Source of the DNA: an uncultured Bacilli bacterium
GTDB taxonomy: Bacteria > Bacillota_I > Bacilli_A > RFN20 > CAG-826
Reading direction: 5' to 3'
Assembly: GCA_944369075.1 (NCBI GenBank)
Contig: CALVXK010000002.1
Location: 53,011-117,010, forward strand
Length of the DNA: 64,000 nucleotides
Shown here: one piece after another, positions 8,012-18,642 of the stretch
Numbering within the stretch: position 1 is the stretch's first letter
Layout: each line of letters starts with the position of its first letter
Translations under genes and position numbers: made by a program
Notes under the pieces: generated by a model
Database searches by the model: none
Told to the model about the DNA's origin: nothing
The model's input: the letters and a program-made list of their open reading frames with translations, nothing else

Positions 8012-9451
8012 TTAATCTTTTAAAGGAATGTAATCATCTTCAGAATAGGAATCAGACATAACAGAAAATCTTCCTATTGCTGGGAAAAATAGAAGAGAGG
8101 TTTTACCAGTAGGACCTTGTCTATTTTTAGAAATTATAATATCCATTCTTTGGCCATTAGAATCATCAACGTTTTGATTTAAATCTCTTGCTTCTCCACC
8201 ATTATTTTCATCTTTTTTAAAACCTTTACCTTTAACTTCTATACCTTGGTCGGTGTAATATTTTTGACGGTATAAAAGTAAAGCTTTATCGCAGTCATTT
8301 TCAATTTGGCCAGATCCTCTAAGTTCACTTAAACGTGGAATTTTGGAATCTGTTTTATCAGCTTCTCTATTGATATGGCAAACAACTATAACAGGAATAT
8401 TTAACTCGAGAGCTAAGGATTTTAATTTTCTAGAAAAATCAGCTATTTTTTCTTGGTCTGACTGATATCTATGTAATCCTTCTTGAATAATTCCAATATG
8501 GTCAACAATAATTAATGATAAATCATCTCTTTGATCTTTTAGTTTTCTGGATTTTAAAATAATATCATCAATTGTAATATTAGTTGATTCTTCAAAATAC
8601 ATGTTAGTTTGAGCAATTTCTTCTTCAGCTTCTTTAATTAATGATTTATCATGCATCGTTAAAAAGCCTTTATTAATTTTTTCTTGAGAAACGCCACTCG
8701 AAATAGAAAAAAGACGTTTCATCAGCTCATCATTTGACATTTCTAAAGAGAAATAAGCAATTGCTTTTTCAGAGTTTCTTGCAATGTTATAACACATATT
8801 TAAAGCTAAAGCAGATTTACCAACACCAGGTCTAGCAGCAACAACAATCATTTGTCCTTTTCCTAAACCACCAGTTGCCTTATCTAGAGTTGAAAAACCT
8901 GTTGTTAAAGAATCACCAATAACATTTCCTTTAGAGTTTTGGATTTCTCCTCCTACTCTATGAGCAACTTCATCTGCTCTGATGAACCCAGATATTTTTC
9001 TTAAAGAAGTAATTTCTGATATATCTCTTTCGCATTCTCCTAAGAAATTCGAAATATTTGGAAGTTCTTTTTCTGTGGCTTTTGTAATAATTTCCTCGCA
9101 TTTATTAACTAAATCTCTTAGAAGTTTATATTCTTTTAATTTATCAACATATTGCTCGAAGTTTTGATAAATAGTAACGCTAGTAATTATATCGCTGATA
9201 AACTGAGTACTTATTTCTTCAGAAACCTTATCTTGAATAAGTTGCGTAACTAAACTTGAAGGATCAATTTCGTGACCTGCATCATTAATTTCAAGCATGG
9301 CTTTAAAAATTGCACGATGTTCTTTATTTCCAGCATAAAAATCCTCTACTCTTAAAGAGTAAAGTCCATCGACTGCACACTCAGTATTTGTAAGCATGCA
9401 GCCCAAAACAATTTTCTCTAGTTCGTCATCGTGTAAATATTTAAAATCCAT
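8012..9451 (-). CDS. dnaB: Replicative DNA helicase DnaB
   Basis: Walker A ARPGVGKSALALN, then IVDHIG and RGSGQIEND motifs. The rplI-dnaB synteny is present. About 30 extra residues sit before the C-terminal KNRQGPTG. Confidence 0.92.
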   Translation of the reverse strand: MDFKYLHDDELEKIVLGCMLTNTECAVDGLYSLRVEDFYAGNKEHRAIFKAMLEINDAGHEIDPSSLVTQLIQDKVSEEISTQFISDIITSVTIYQNFEQYVDKLKEYKLLRDLVNKCEEIITKATEKELPNISNFLGECERDISEITSLRKISGFIRADEVAHRVGGEIQNSKGNVIGDSLTTGFSTLDKATGGLGKGQMIVVAARPGVGKSALALNMCYNIARNSEKAIAYFSLEMSNDELMKRLFSISSGVSQEKINKGFLTMHDKSLIKEAEEEIAQTNMYFEESTNITIDDIILKSRKLKDQRDDLSLIIVDHIGIIQEGLHRYQSDQEKIADFSRKLKSLALELNIPVIVVCHINREADKTDSKIPRLSELRGSGQIENDCDKALLLYRQKYYTDQGIEVKGKGFKKDENNGGEARDLNQNVDDSNGQRMDIIISKNRQGPTGKTSLLFFPAIGRFSVMSDSYSEDDYIPLKD

Positions 9452-9454
9452 AAA

Positions 9455-9901
9455 CTATTCTTCACTTACGTGAACTCTAATTGTTCCAATAACTCCTTTA
9501 TAAAGTTCGATTTTTAAATTTGTATAACCAAAAGCGTTTACAGGGTATTTTTCAACAAATTTTCTTTTATCTACTTTAATTCCGAATTCTTTTTCTAATT
9601 TTTCAACAATTTCTTTAGGAGAAATTGTTCCAGCCATAGCACCTTTAGCTTGGCTTTTTGCCTTAAATTCTAAAGTAATAGCTTCTAATTTTTCTTTATT
9701 TTTTAAAGCTTCTTCTTTTAAATCAGCTTGTTTTTTTGCCTCCAAAGCTTTTTCCTTTTCAAGTTGAGCTAAAGAGGCTTCTGTTTTTCTAACTGCTAAG
9801 CCTTTTTTAATTAAAAAGTTGTTTGCATAACCATCATTAACAGTTTTAGTCTCACCTTTTTTTCCTATATTTTTAACATCTTGAAGTAAAATTATTTCCA
9901 T
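9455..9901 (-). CDS. rplI: 50S ribosomal protein L9
   Basis: [18 protein letters not shown]-terminus, 148 aa, with the expected synteny. Confidence 0.92.
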   Translation of the reverse strand: MEIILLQDVKNIGKKGETKTVNDGYANNFLIKKGLAVRKTEASLAQLEKEKALEAKKQADLKEEALKNKEKLEAITLEFKAKSQAKGAMAGTISPKEIVEKLEKEFGIKVDKRKFVEKYPVNAFGYTNLKIELYKGVIGTIRVHVSEE

Positions 9902-9906
9902 AAATT

Positions 9907-11946
9907 TTAATCTCCTTTTCCATTTTGTTGTAATACTCTACCATCATCAAGTGAGGTAGCGAGTGTATTAAGAAGTATTTTTTCAACATCATCAACACTC
10001 ATATCTTTAAACAAGGCAGCCGCCATTGTAAAATGGCCTCCGCCTCCAAATTTTTCACAAATTAATTGAACATTTATTGTTCCATCACTTCTTGCACTTA
10101 TTCTAACATCATTTTCACCAGTTCTACCTATAACAAAAGCTGCTTTTGTATTCTTTAAATCCATACATTGATTTGCTGCTTTTGCTAAAGTAGCTTGATC
10201 AATAATATCTGCATCATTGCATTTACAATAGACAACCCCTTGATAAGTAGTAATTTGAGTTGAAACTATAGAAGAAATTAAGGAATACTCTTCAAATTCA
10301 TCTTTAAGTAAATTATCGGCTTTAAAGTTATCAGCACCATATTCTTTTAAAACCATGCTAGCTTCAAAAGTTCTAACACCAACAGTTTTTGATTTATAGA
10401 ATGAAGTATCAAGGAAAATTCCTGATAACATAACTGTCGCGGTTCTAGAATCTAGTGGAATAGGTGGGTATTTTGAACCAAATTTAATAATTTCTGTAAT
10501 AAGTTCAGAAGCACTAGATGCTGAAGTGTCAATAATTCCAAAGAGTAAGTTTTCAACGAAATCACTACTTCTTCTATGGTGATCGATAATAATTATTTTC
10601 TCTGTTCTTTCAAGAAGTTCAGGACACATCATGATTTGAGGTCTATTAACATCGACTATAATCAATAAAGACGTTTGATCACATTCATTAATTGCATCTT
10701 TTAAATTTGTTGTCCATTTTTCTAGTTCATCTCTAGAATACATCGCCATTAAGGCACCTCTTGCTTTCTTTTCAGTTGATTTTGGATCATAAACAATTTT
10801 TACGTCGCTACATTGTTTATAATCACAAATGGCCTTCATAGCAAGACAAGAACCTATTGCATCCATATCAGCATTGGCATGACCCATAATAAAAATTTTA
10901 TTATTTTTATTATCTTCGATTAGGTTAAGAATTGTATTAGCGTCATTTTTAACTTTGACTTTATTTCTAGTTTCACTAGCTTCAATTTTACCGCCAGCAA
11001 AATAAAGTTCTTTATTCATTTGAGCAACTACAGCTTGATCGCCACCTCTAGACATAGCAATACCTAAAGCATTTGAAGCCATTTCATTAATTTGGGAAGT
11101 TGAAGAATAATCAAAACCAAATCCAATAGAAAGAGAGGTGGAAACATCGTATTTTTGACCAATTTGTCTTACTTGATTTAGAATAGAAAAATTATCTTTT
11201 TTCATTAAATCAATATCTTCAGTTCTTCCAACAACGAAGTAAGAATCGTTTTTATAAGCTCTAAGAACTAAATGAAATTGTTTTGCATAATTAGAAATAG
11301 CATTTCTAATTTGAGGGATAACATCGTTAATATCTTCGTTATTTTGAGCAATATCAGTGTAGTTATCAATCATTATAATTCCTAAAGCTAAAGAATTCTT
11401 TTGGAATAAAATTAAAGCATTTTCAAAATCAGTAACATCTCTAAACAAGAATAATTGATTATTTTTTAAATATTTTACTTCATAAAAGTTATCGTTAATT
11501 TTAATTGTTTTTGATTCAATATTTTTTGATGTATCTAAAAATTCCTTTAATTCTTCTCTCCATTCAAATATATTTTCGCCGATTAAATTTAGATCTAATT
11601 GATTAAAAAGTTCTGAAGCCCAAATAATTTGGTTTTTATCATCAGTAACAATAAAACCAAGTTTAGCAAAAATATAAGCTTCCCCTGTAGCTTGTCCAAC
11701 TATTTTTGAAGTTAATAAGTCATTTTTTTGCTTAAAATGGGCAATTAAGAAAATATATACACCAATAGAAATAAGATTTAAAACAACTACCCCAATTGCA
11801 ATATAGGCAATTATTTCAACACTTAAGATAGTTTGAAGATCCCATATATTTGCAAGATATAATGAAATAAATACCCCAAATGCTAATATTTCAAACCCTG
11901 ATATACAAAAGGCTAATATTTGAATTATTTTTACAACTTTATTCAT
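9907..11946 (-). CDS. gdpP: GdpP-type DHH/DHHA1 phosphodiesterase (cyclic-di-AMP phosphodiesterase family)
   Basis: Two N-terminal TM helices. DHH-family motifs [15 protein letters not shown] and GGGGH are present. It occupies the conserved position upstream of rplI-dnaB. Confidence 0.8.
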   Translation of the reverse strand: MNKVVKIIQILAFCISGFEILAFGVFISLYLANIWDLQTILSVEIIAYIAIGVVVLNLISIGVYIFLIAHFKQKNDLLTSKIVGQATGEAYIFAKLGFIVTDDKNQIIWASELFNQLDLNLIGENIFEWREELKEFLDTSKNIESKTIKINDNFYEVKYLKNNQLFLFRDVTDFENALILFQKNSLALGIIMIDNYTDIAQNNEDINDVIPQIRNAISNYAKQFHLVLRAYKNDSYFVVGRTEDIDLMKKDNFSILNQVRQIGQKYDVSTSLSIGFGFDYSSTSQINEMASNALGIAMSRGGDQAVVAQMNKELYFAGGKIEASETRNKVKVKNDANTILNLIEDNKNNKIFIMGHANADMDAIGSCLAMKAICDYKQCSDVKIVYDPKSTEKKARGALMAMYSRDELEKWTTNLKDAINECDQTSLLIIVDVNRPQIMMCPELLERTEKIIIIDHHRRSSDFVENLLFGIIDTSASSASELITEIIKFGSKYPPIPLDSRTATVMLSGIFLDTSFYKSKTVGVRTFEASMVLKEYGADNFKADNLLKDEFEEYSLISSIVSTQITTYQGVVYCKCNDADIIDQATLAKAANQCMDLKNTKAAFVIGRTGENDVRISARSDGTINVQLICEKFGGGGHFTMAAALFKDMSVDDVEKILLNTLATSLDDGRVLQQNGKGD

Positions 11947-12057
11947 AATTTCATTCCAAACTCAAAATAGTTAATAGTTACTATTATCCTAGATATTATA
12001 CATTAAATTTTCTCTATTACGAAAAGAATATATTTAAAAATTTGTGGTAAAAAAGTA

Positions 12058-12087
12058 AAATTCCACGCCAAATTTAGCGTGGAATTT
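12058..12087 (-). terminator. Intrinsic terminator after rpsR
   Basis: AAATTCCACGC pairs with GCGTGGAATTT and is followed on the minus strand by TACTTTTTT. Confidence 0.75.
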
Positions 12088-12113
12088 AAATTTACATCAA
12101 TTAAAGTGATAAA

Positions 12114-12341
12114 TTAGTCTTCAATATATGGAAGTAATGCCATATATCTAGCATTTTTAATAGCTCTAGCTAATTCTCTTTGATATTTTGCAGATGTTCC
12201 AGTAATTCTTCTTGGAGAAATTCTTCCAGAAGCAGAAATAAATTTCTTTAAAAGTTCAACATCTTTATAATCAATAAATTTAATTTTGTTTTTTGTGAAG
12301 TAACAAACCTTTCTTTTACTTCTTTTCTTAACAAATGCCAT
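12114..12341 (-). CDS. rpsR: 30S ribosomal protein S18
   Basis: 75 aa, with KRKVCYFT and [11 protein letters not shown] motifs, within the rpsF-ssb-rpsR operon. Confidence 0.95.
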   Translation of the reverse strand: MAFVKKRSKRKVCYFTKNKIKFIDYKDVELLKKFISASGRISPRRITGTSAKYQRELARAIKNARYMALLPYIED

Positions 12342-12411
12342 TTTACATCTCTCCTTTTTATTAACTAATTATCGCAGTAATTAATTAAATTAATAGTTTT
12401 AGTCTATTAAT

Positions 12412-12852
12412 TTAAAAAGGTAAATCATCGTCAGCTAAATCCATTCCTTCGTAGTCGATGTTATCATCATCTGGTTCAACATCACTTTGATAGCCTGAAC
12501 TACCATTATCTTGAGAAATTGAATCATTTGCTCTTCCTGAGTCACAGAAAGCAAAATCTGACATTAAGACTTCGATTCTTGTTCCTTTGGTTCCGTCTCT
12601 ACGATCAAATCTAGAGACTTGTAATGAACCATCAACACCGATCATTCTTCCTTTTTTGAAATATTTCTCGATTGTTTCAGCAAGTTTTCCTAATACTTTA
12701 ACAGGAATGAAATTTGTTTTTCTTTCTCCGTTTTCGTCTTTTCTACTTTCATCTACAGCAACAGTAAATGATAAATAAGCGAATCCGGAAGCACTTCTTT
12801 TAAGTTCTAAGTCGTTTGTGATTCTACCTACAACAATTACGCGGTTAATCAT
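12412..12852 (-). CDS. ssb: Single-stranded DNA-binding protein
   Basis: OB-fold N-terminus MINRVIVVGRITNDLELK and an acidic tail ending DDDLPF. Confidence 0.95.
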   Translation of the reverse strand: MINRVIVVGRITNDLELKRSASGFAYLSFTVAVDESRKDENGERKTNFIPVKVLGKLAETIEKYFKKGRMIGVDGSLQVSRFDRRDGTKGTRIEVLMSDFAFCDSGRANDSISQDNGSSGYQSDVEPDDDNIDYEGMDLADDDLPF

Positions 12853-12874
12853 TTTTATTTAATCTCCTTAACAA

Positions 12875-13162
12875 TTATTGATGATCAACAGTGATTAAGT
12901 ATCTTAATACATTGTTATCAATCTTAGTAAGACGATCAAATTCTTTTAAAGCAGCTGGTTCAGCTTCGACTTTTAAGACAACGTAATAGCCTTTCTTTTC
13001 TTTCTTAATTTCATAAGAAAGATCTTTAAGGCCCCATTCGTCTGTTTTGGAAACTTTAGCACCATTACTTGTTAATAATTTAGCAAGTTTCTCAATTTCA
13101 GCCTTTCTATCGCTTTCTTCTAAGGTAGATCTTAAAATGTACATAATTTCGTACTTTTTCAT
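12875..13162 (-). CDS. rpsF: 30S ribosomal protein S6
   Basis: MKKYEIMYILR N-terminus, 95 aa, first gene of the operon, with RBS GGGAGG. Confidence 0.95.
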   Translation of the reverse strand: MKKYEIMYILRSTLEESDRKAEIEKLAKLLTSNGAKVSKTDEWGLKDLSYEIKKEKKGYYVVLKVEAEPAALKEFDRLTKIDNNVLRYLITVDHQ

Positions 13163-13264
13163 ATCTTTTTACCTCCCTATGGTCATTCTGGCTTAATTTA
13201 ATATACTAATTAAGCAGAGAAGAATTAGAATTTATTAGATGTAATCTAAGAAATTCGCTCAAAT

Positions 13265-13293
13265 AGTATACTAGAAAAAAGACCCTAATGCAA
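13265..13293 (-). promoter_or_regulatory. Promoter of the rpsF-ssb-rpsR operon
   Basis: On the minus strand, TTGCAT, a 17-nt spacer, then TATACT. The roughly 95-nt 5' UTR contains the hairpin GCTTAATT/AATTAAGC (13210-13234). Confidence 0.5.
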
Positions 13294-13400
13294 AGAAAAC
13301 TTTAACTAAGTAACTTCTTTAAAATATCGTCTTTATATAACAAGAATGTTTTAATTATACAAATTTATCCCTATTTATTTAAAAAAATTTAATATAAATT

Positions 13401-13436
13401 AAAAGAGGAAGACAAACATGGATACCTTCCTCTTTT
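13401..13436. terminator. Intrinsic terminator after the flavin oxidoreductase gene
   Basis: AAAAGAGGAAG pairs with CTTCCTCTTTT. T/A runs on both sides allow bidirectional function. Confidence 0.75.
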
Positions 13437-13478
13437 AAAATAGGAGAAATTAACTTAAATACGTAATGATTACTGATT

Positions 13479-15440
13479 TTATAAAATGTCCATTGCCGCA
13501 AAGTATCCTTGATGGATAGCTTTTTTAACGATGCTTGCACCTGTACAATCACCAATAGCTCTAAAAGATTCCCAATTTGGCCATTCTCTTAAGGTATCAA
13601 CAATTTGTGAATTTGCAATACTACCAATTGCATATAAGACTGTATCACAAGTTACTTTATGATCCTTACCATCTTTATCTTCATAAGTTACACCATCTTT
13701 TTCGATAAGTTTAGTAGAAGCGTTCATAATAACATGGATATTATCTTTATATTTTTCGAAGATTTCTTTGATTGTTGGTTTAATAAACATATTAGCATCT
13801 CTTAAAATTTGGTCTGTTAATTCTAAAATAGTAACGTCTTTACCTTCTTCTAAGAACTTAACAGCAAGTTCACAGTTAATTAAACCACCGCCGATTAAAG
13901 CGACTTTATGTCCAATATTTTCTGGGTGGAAATATCCTTCAGTTGCATATTTAGCATTTTCACTTCCTTCAATAGTTAATGGTCTAGGTGAAGAACCTGT
14001 TGCAGCAATAATATCAGTAGGATTAATTTTATCTAAAAGTTCTAAATTAGCTTCAGTATTTAAAAGAACTTTAATATCTCTTTTTTTGACTTGTCTAATA
14101 TAATAATCTTTTAAATTTTTAAGATCTTCTTTATGACCGTAATCTGAGAAAATAAGAGTTCCACCAAGTTTATCGTTCTTTTCGACTAATGTAACCTTAT
14201 GTCCTCTATCAAAAGCGGTAATTGCAGCTTGCATACCACCAACTCCGCCACCAACAATTAAAACATTCTTCGATGATTTTGGGGAAGGTGTATTTAATAA
14301 ATAAGCTTCTTGTCCAACTGTAGGATTGATATTACATTGATAGAATCCAGTATAAAGTCCTGCCATACAATCAGAACATCTAATACATGGTTTAACATCT
14401 TCTTCTTTTCCTGTTAGCCATTTCTTTGGTAAATCAGAATCAGCTAAAATACCTCTACCAATTGAGAAGAAATCAATAGCCCCTTCTTTAATTAATTCAT
14501 CCATCTTCTTAGGGTCATTATGTCCACCTACTGCAGTAATATAAGCTTTAACTCCGGCTTTTTTTATTTCTCTGGCAATAGGAATATTGATAAATCTACC
14601 CATTAATGGGTTAACCCAACAATAATGTTCAGAGTTATGATAGTCACCACTTGAGATTTCGATAATATCAACATATTGATCAATCATTTGACAGAATTTT
14701 ACAACGTCTTCAATTGGCCAACCATCTTTTTGGTGTTCATCACCGCTAATTCTTGTTTGAATGACTACTTTTGGTCCAACTTTTTCTCTTACGGCTTTAA
14801 AAACTTGGAGGGGAAATTTTGCACGATTTTCAATACAACCACCAAATTCATCAGTTCTTGTGTTCCAATGTGGTGATAAGAATTGAGCTAAAAGCCAACC
14901 ATGGCAGCATTGAATCATTATTTGATTAAATCCAGCTTGAACAGCACATAATGCAGCTTCAGCAAAGTCATTTGCAATACGGTCCATGTCAGCTTGATCC
15001 ATTGCTTTAACATGTGTTCCACTTTCTTTAACCATGTCAACAGGTCCGATTACTTTTCCGTTAGTATATCTATTAAAGAATGGTTCAGCAAAAAGTCCTG
15101 CATGACAAAGTTGAACACAAGGATTAGCTCCGTGTCTTTTTATTGCATCAGTAAATTTAATCCAGTCTTTTGCTGGTAAAACCATTCTCTTAAAATCTGG
15201 GCGAATTTCGTCAACATTTGGTCTTCTTACAGCATCAACAGCATTAACTGGGGTTTCACCATAGTTAACACTAGCAGCTCCACCACGAGCTTTTTTCTCA
15301 TAAAGTAAAACAGTTCTAAAGTCTGGGGCACCACTATATTCATCAGGCCAAGTTAAGCCTGTTGGTGTTGAAAATATTCTATTTCTATAATAGACTCCAC
15401 GAATTGTAATAGGTTTACCTAAATAAGGATATTTATTCAC
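13479..15440 (-). CDS. NADH:flavin oxidoreductase: OYE-like TIM barrel, 4Fe-4S motif and FAD/NAD(P)-binding domain (FadH/NoxA/enoate-reductase type)
   Basis: The N-terminal OYE-family pattern is present. The cysteine motif CIRCSDCMAG...C (CxxCxxCx11C) is followed by VLIVGGGVGGMQAA and a second Rossmann motif, ALIGGGLINCE. Confidence 0.8.
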   Translation of the reverse strand: MNKYPYLGKPITIRGVYYRNRIFSTPTGLTWPDEYSGAPDFRTVLLYEKKARGGAASVNYGETPVNAVDAVRRPNVDEIRPDFKRMVLPAKDWIKFTDAIKRHGANPCVQLCHAGLFAEPFFNRYTNGKVIGPVDMVKESGTHVKAMDQADMDRIANDFAEAALCAVQAGFNQIMIQCCHGWLLAQFLSPHWNTRTDEFGGCIENRAKFPLQVFKAVREKVGPKVVIQTRISGDEHQKDGWPIEDVVKFCQMIDQYVDIIEISSGDYHNSEHYCWVNPLMGRFINIPIAREIKKAGVKAYITAVGGHNDPKKMDELIKEGAIDFFSIGRGILADSDLPKKWLTGKEEDVKPCIRCSDCMAGLYTGFYQCNINPTVGQEAYLLNTPSPKSSKNVLIVGGGVGGMQAAITAFDRGHKVTLVEKNDKLGGTLIFSDYGHKEDLKNLKDYYIRQVKKRDIKVLLNTEANLELLDKINPTDIIAATGSSPRPLTIEGSENAKYATEGYFHPENIGHKVALIGGGLINCELAVKFLEEGKDVTILELTDQILRDANMFIKPTIKEIFEKYKDNIHVIMNASTKLIEKDGVTYEDKDGKDHKVTCDTVLYAIGSIANSQIVDTLREWPNWESFRAIGDCTGASIVKKAIHQGYFAAMDIL

Positions 15441-15595
15441 TTTCTTATCTCCTTCGGGTTAAGATTCCCTTTTTTAGAAGTATAGCAATATAAATATTCT
15501 TTAAAAACGTCATTAATGTCCAAAAATAATTCTTTTTTTCGTTAATAATGACGAACACTTATTTATAAACAATATTTTTTAAGTATAATAACTAT

Positions 15596-17104
15596 ATGAA
15601 ACTAAATTTATCCATTATTTACGGCCATTTAAAATCTGAATATAAGGATACTGTTTTATCATCTAACGATATTTATTCGTTTCCTCTAGAAAATGCCGTT
15701 ATTTATCAAGAAAATACGAAATTACGGAACAATATTCTTTACATAGTAGAAGGATCTATTTTTGAAAGTAAGCAAGATCTTTTTAGTGGTATAAATAAAA
15801 TCGTTATTGGAAACAAGATAAACCTAGATATAAATAACACGATTTTTATAAATGATAATGTAGACTTGCCTGATTTGTATATAAAAATTGTTAATATTTT
15901 CGTTAATTATGATGGATGGAATCAAAAAATACTAAATCACATCGCATTACAAGACGATTTAAATGTACTTTGTAAAACATTGGGCGAAAAACTAACTAAT
16001 CCTGCTTGCATACTAAATTTATCCTTTCAATTACAAGGAATTATTGGAGAAATACCAAAAGATCAAAACTTAACAGGAGAGTGGAAAGATTTGTTATTGC
16101 ATCATGAAAGTCCAATTGAAACCTTTAACATTCCTAAAGATAATATTTACTTTTTCACAAATCATTCAAAAGAAATTTATAAACCAGAAGGCTCCCCTTA
16201 TGGAAACAAGGAAATTTTTTTAAATATTTTTATTCATAACAATTTATTTGCAATACTTGCTGATAGTGAACTCGTTTCTCCTTTTAGCGATGGAGAATAT
16301 TCTATCTTGATTCTTATAAGAGAATATTTAGAAAAATATTTCACTGCAAAATTTAAACTTACTAATAGTGAAAATAATATTCAATACTATTTAAATTTAT
16401 TATTAAAAGATCAAGAAATAGACAAATTATTACTAAAAGAGCAACTTTCTTTTATTGATTGGTCAATTTCTGACTCATGCTATGTTTGTTCTATCACTTC
16501 TACTACTCATTCTAAAAAAGAACAATTAGAGCATGCAATTTCTAGAATCCAAAAGGCTTTAAATAACACAATTGCTTTTGTTTATGTTGATAGAATTATT
16601 TTGTTATCAAAAGTTATAGATATTAATAAGTTAGAAAAATGTTTAGAAAAAATAGGTATGATTTGTGGAATAAGTTTCCTTCAAAAATCCATATTCGATA
16701 TCAAAACTGGTTATAATCAGTCCTTATATGCAATTAAATATGGATTAATTAAAAATCCAAATTCACTAATATATCGTTATGAAGATTCTTATGCAATACA
16801 CTTAAAAGATTCTTTATCTCCTAACATCAATATTATAGATTTTATTCCTCCTGATATTAGATATTTAGCAGAATATGATAAAAAACATGAAACAGATTAT
16901 CTAAACATTTTAAAAATCTACCTGCTCTCAGGTGAAAACTCTAAAAAAGCAAGTGAATTACTTTTTATGCATAGAAATACCTTAATTTATCGTATTCAAA
17001 AAATTGAAAAAATAATTAATCACAAAATAGAAGAATATAAAACTTCCGAAATTGAAATATTGTTATTGGGTATATGGCTTCTTGTAAATTCCAATATTAA
17101 TTAG
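15596..17104 (+). CDS. PucR/CdaR-family transcriptional regulator
   Basis: The C-terminal HTH (ASELLFMHRNTLIYRIQKIEKI) is typical of the PucR C-terminal domain. A long uncharacterised N-terminal sensor region precedes it. The gene is divergent from the oxidoreductase. Confidence 0.7.
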   Translation: MKLNLSIIYGHLKSEYKDTVLSSNDIYSFPLENAVIYQENTKLRNNILYIVEGSIFESKQDLFSGINKIVIGNKINLDINNTIFINDNVDLPDLYIKIVNIFVNYDGWNQKILNHIALQDDLNVLCKTLGEKLTNPACILNLSFQLQGIIGEIPKDQNLTGEWKDLLLHHESPIETFNIPKDNIYFFTNHSKEIYKPEGSPYGNKEIFLNIFIHNNLFAILADSELVSPFSDGEYSILILIREYLEKYFTAKFKLTNSENNIQYYLNLLLKDQEIDKLLLKEQLSFIDWSISDSCYVCSITSTTHSKKEQLEHAISRIQKALNNTIAFVYVDRIILLSKVIDINKLEKCLEKIGMICGISFLQKSIFDIKTGYNQSLYAIKYGLIKNPNSLIYRYEDSYAIHLKDSLSPNINIIDFIPPDIRYLAEYDKKHETDYLNILKIYLLSGENSKKASELLFMHRNTLIYRIQKIEKIINHKIEEYKTSEIEILLLGIWLLVNSNIN

Positions 17105-17109
17105 AAATT

Positions 17110-18633
17110 TTATTCGTATTCAATGGTTGAAGGTGGTTTTGAAGTTACGTCATACAAAACTCTATTTATACCTTTGACTTCGTTTACAATTCTAGTAGAA
17201 ATTTTTGCAAGTTTTTCATAATCAAAACGATAAAAATCTGCAGTCATTCCATCAATAGAAGTTACGCATCTAATTGCTAAAGCGTAGGAATAAGTTCTAT
17301 TATCTCCCATAACACCAACGGTTTTATCAGATAATAAAACTGCAAAATATTGCCAAATCTCATTTTCTAAATGATTTTTTGCTACTTCTTCTCTTAATAT
17401 GAAATCTGCATCTCTTAAAATATCTAATTTTTCTTTTGTTATATCACCAATTACTCTTATTCCTAAACCCGGACCTGGGAAAGGTTGTCTATATAAGAAA
17501 GCTTCATCTAAACCAAGTTCTTTTCCTAAACTTCTAACATTATCTTTATATAAAGTCTTTAAAGGTTCTAGTAAACTAAAACCTAAATCCTTAGGAAGAC
17601 CGCCTACATTATGATGAGATTTGATAACTTTTGAAATTCCACCTTTACCAGATTCAACGATATCAGTATATAAAGTTCCTTGAGCTAAAAATTTAGCATC
17701 TTTATACTCACTTGCAACGTGTTTAAAAGCATCAATAAAAGTTGAACCAATAATTTTTCTTTTGGTTTCAGGATCAGTAACACCTTTTAATCTATCTAAA
17801 AATAAGTTAGAAAAATCTTTCATTAAAACTTTTAGACCTAACTTATTAACAAATCTTTCTTCTAATTCTTCTTTTTCATATTTTCTATTTAAACCATGGT
17901 CAATAAAAACAGGAATTAAATTGTCACCTATTGCACGATGAATTAAAAGTGCACAAACCGCACTATCAACTCCACCAGATAAACCTAAAATAATCTTATT
18001 ATTTCCAACTAATTCTCTTATTTCTTTAACTTTTTCTTCAACAAAAGAAGGAGAAATATAATCTCTTTTAGCATTACAGATATCAATAAAATTAAGGAAA
18101 ATTTCTTTAGAATAATCTGTATTATTAACTTCTGGATGGAATAATAACCCAATCAAATTTGATGAAGAAAATCCTACAATTTCATCATTTTTATTTTTAG
18201 CTATAACATTAACATTAGTTAAATCATCAAAAGTTACAGAATCAGAATGAGACATCCATACATTAAAATTTAATGGCAAATTCTTAAAAATTGGTAAGGA
18301 ATTATCAACTTTAATTTCACTTCTTCCATATTCACTATTTTTAGCTGGATTAATCTTAGCTTTTAAATAATTTGAAAGTAATTCCATTCCGTAGCATATG
18401 CCTAAAATCGGAATATTTAATTCAAGTAAATCTTGATTAAACGATAATGAGTGATCACTTACTGAATCAAATCCACCAGAAAGAATAATACCCTTTAAAT
18501 TTTCAATGTTTTTTGCATCTTCTAATGAAAAAGTAGAAGGATAAAGTTCACTATAAACATTAAGTTCTTTTAACCTTCTAACAATAAGCTCGTTATATTG
18601 ACTTCCATAATCAATAACAATAATTTTATCCAT
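17110..18633 (-). CDS. guaA: GMP synthase (glutamine-hydrolysing), canonical-looking copy
   Basis: GATase motifs GICYGMELL and HPEV. PP-loop GLSGGVDS. Further motifs KSHHNVGGLP, PFPGPGLGIR, VGVMGDNRTY and C-terminal KPPSTIEYE. Confidence 0.9.
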   Translation of the reverse strand: MDKIIVIDYGSQYNELIVRRLKELNVYSELYPSTFSLEDAKNIENLKGIILSGGFDSVSDHSLSFNQDLLELNIPILGICYGMELLSNYLKAKINPAKNSEYGRSEIKVDNSLPIFKNLPLNFNVWMSHSDSVTFDDLTNVNVIAKNKNDEIVGFSSSNLIGLLFHPEVNNTDYSKEIFLNFIDICNAKRDYISPSFVEEKVKEIRELVGNNKIILGLSGGVDSAVCALLIHRAIGDNLIPVFIDHGLNRKYEKEELEERFVNKLGLKVLMKDFSNLFLDRLKGVTDPETKRKIIGSTFIDAFKHVASEYKDAKFLAQGTLYTDIVESGKGGISKVIKSHHNVGGLPKDLGFSLLEPLKTLYKDNVRSLGKELGLDEAFLYRQPFPGPGLGIRVIGDITKEKLDILRDADFILREEVAKNHLENEIWQYFAVLLSDKTVGVMGDNRTYSYALAIRCVTSIDGMTADFYRFDYEKLAKISTRIVNEVKGINRVLYDVTSKPPSTIEYE

Positions 18634-18642
18634 AAATTCTCC

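Noticed and set aside
8012-9451. A roughly 30-residue insertion near the DnaB C-terminus (GIEVKGKGFKKDENNGGEARDLNQNVDDSNGQ), as a possible mini-intein.
   Set aside because: It is far too short. It lacks intein splicing motifs: no Cys/Ser/Thr at the junction and no HN-C/S/T. It looks like a low-complexity loop expansion.
13210-13234. The hairpin GCTTAATT/AATTAAGC in the rpsF 5' UTR, as the S6:S18-binding rpsF leader motif.
   Set aside because: The position is right, but I cannot verify the conserved nucleotides of that motif from memory. It is noted only under the promoter feature, and a cmscan would settle it.
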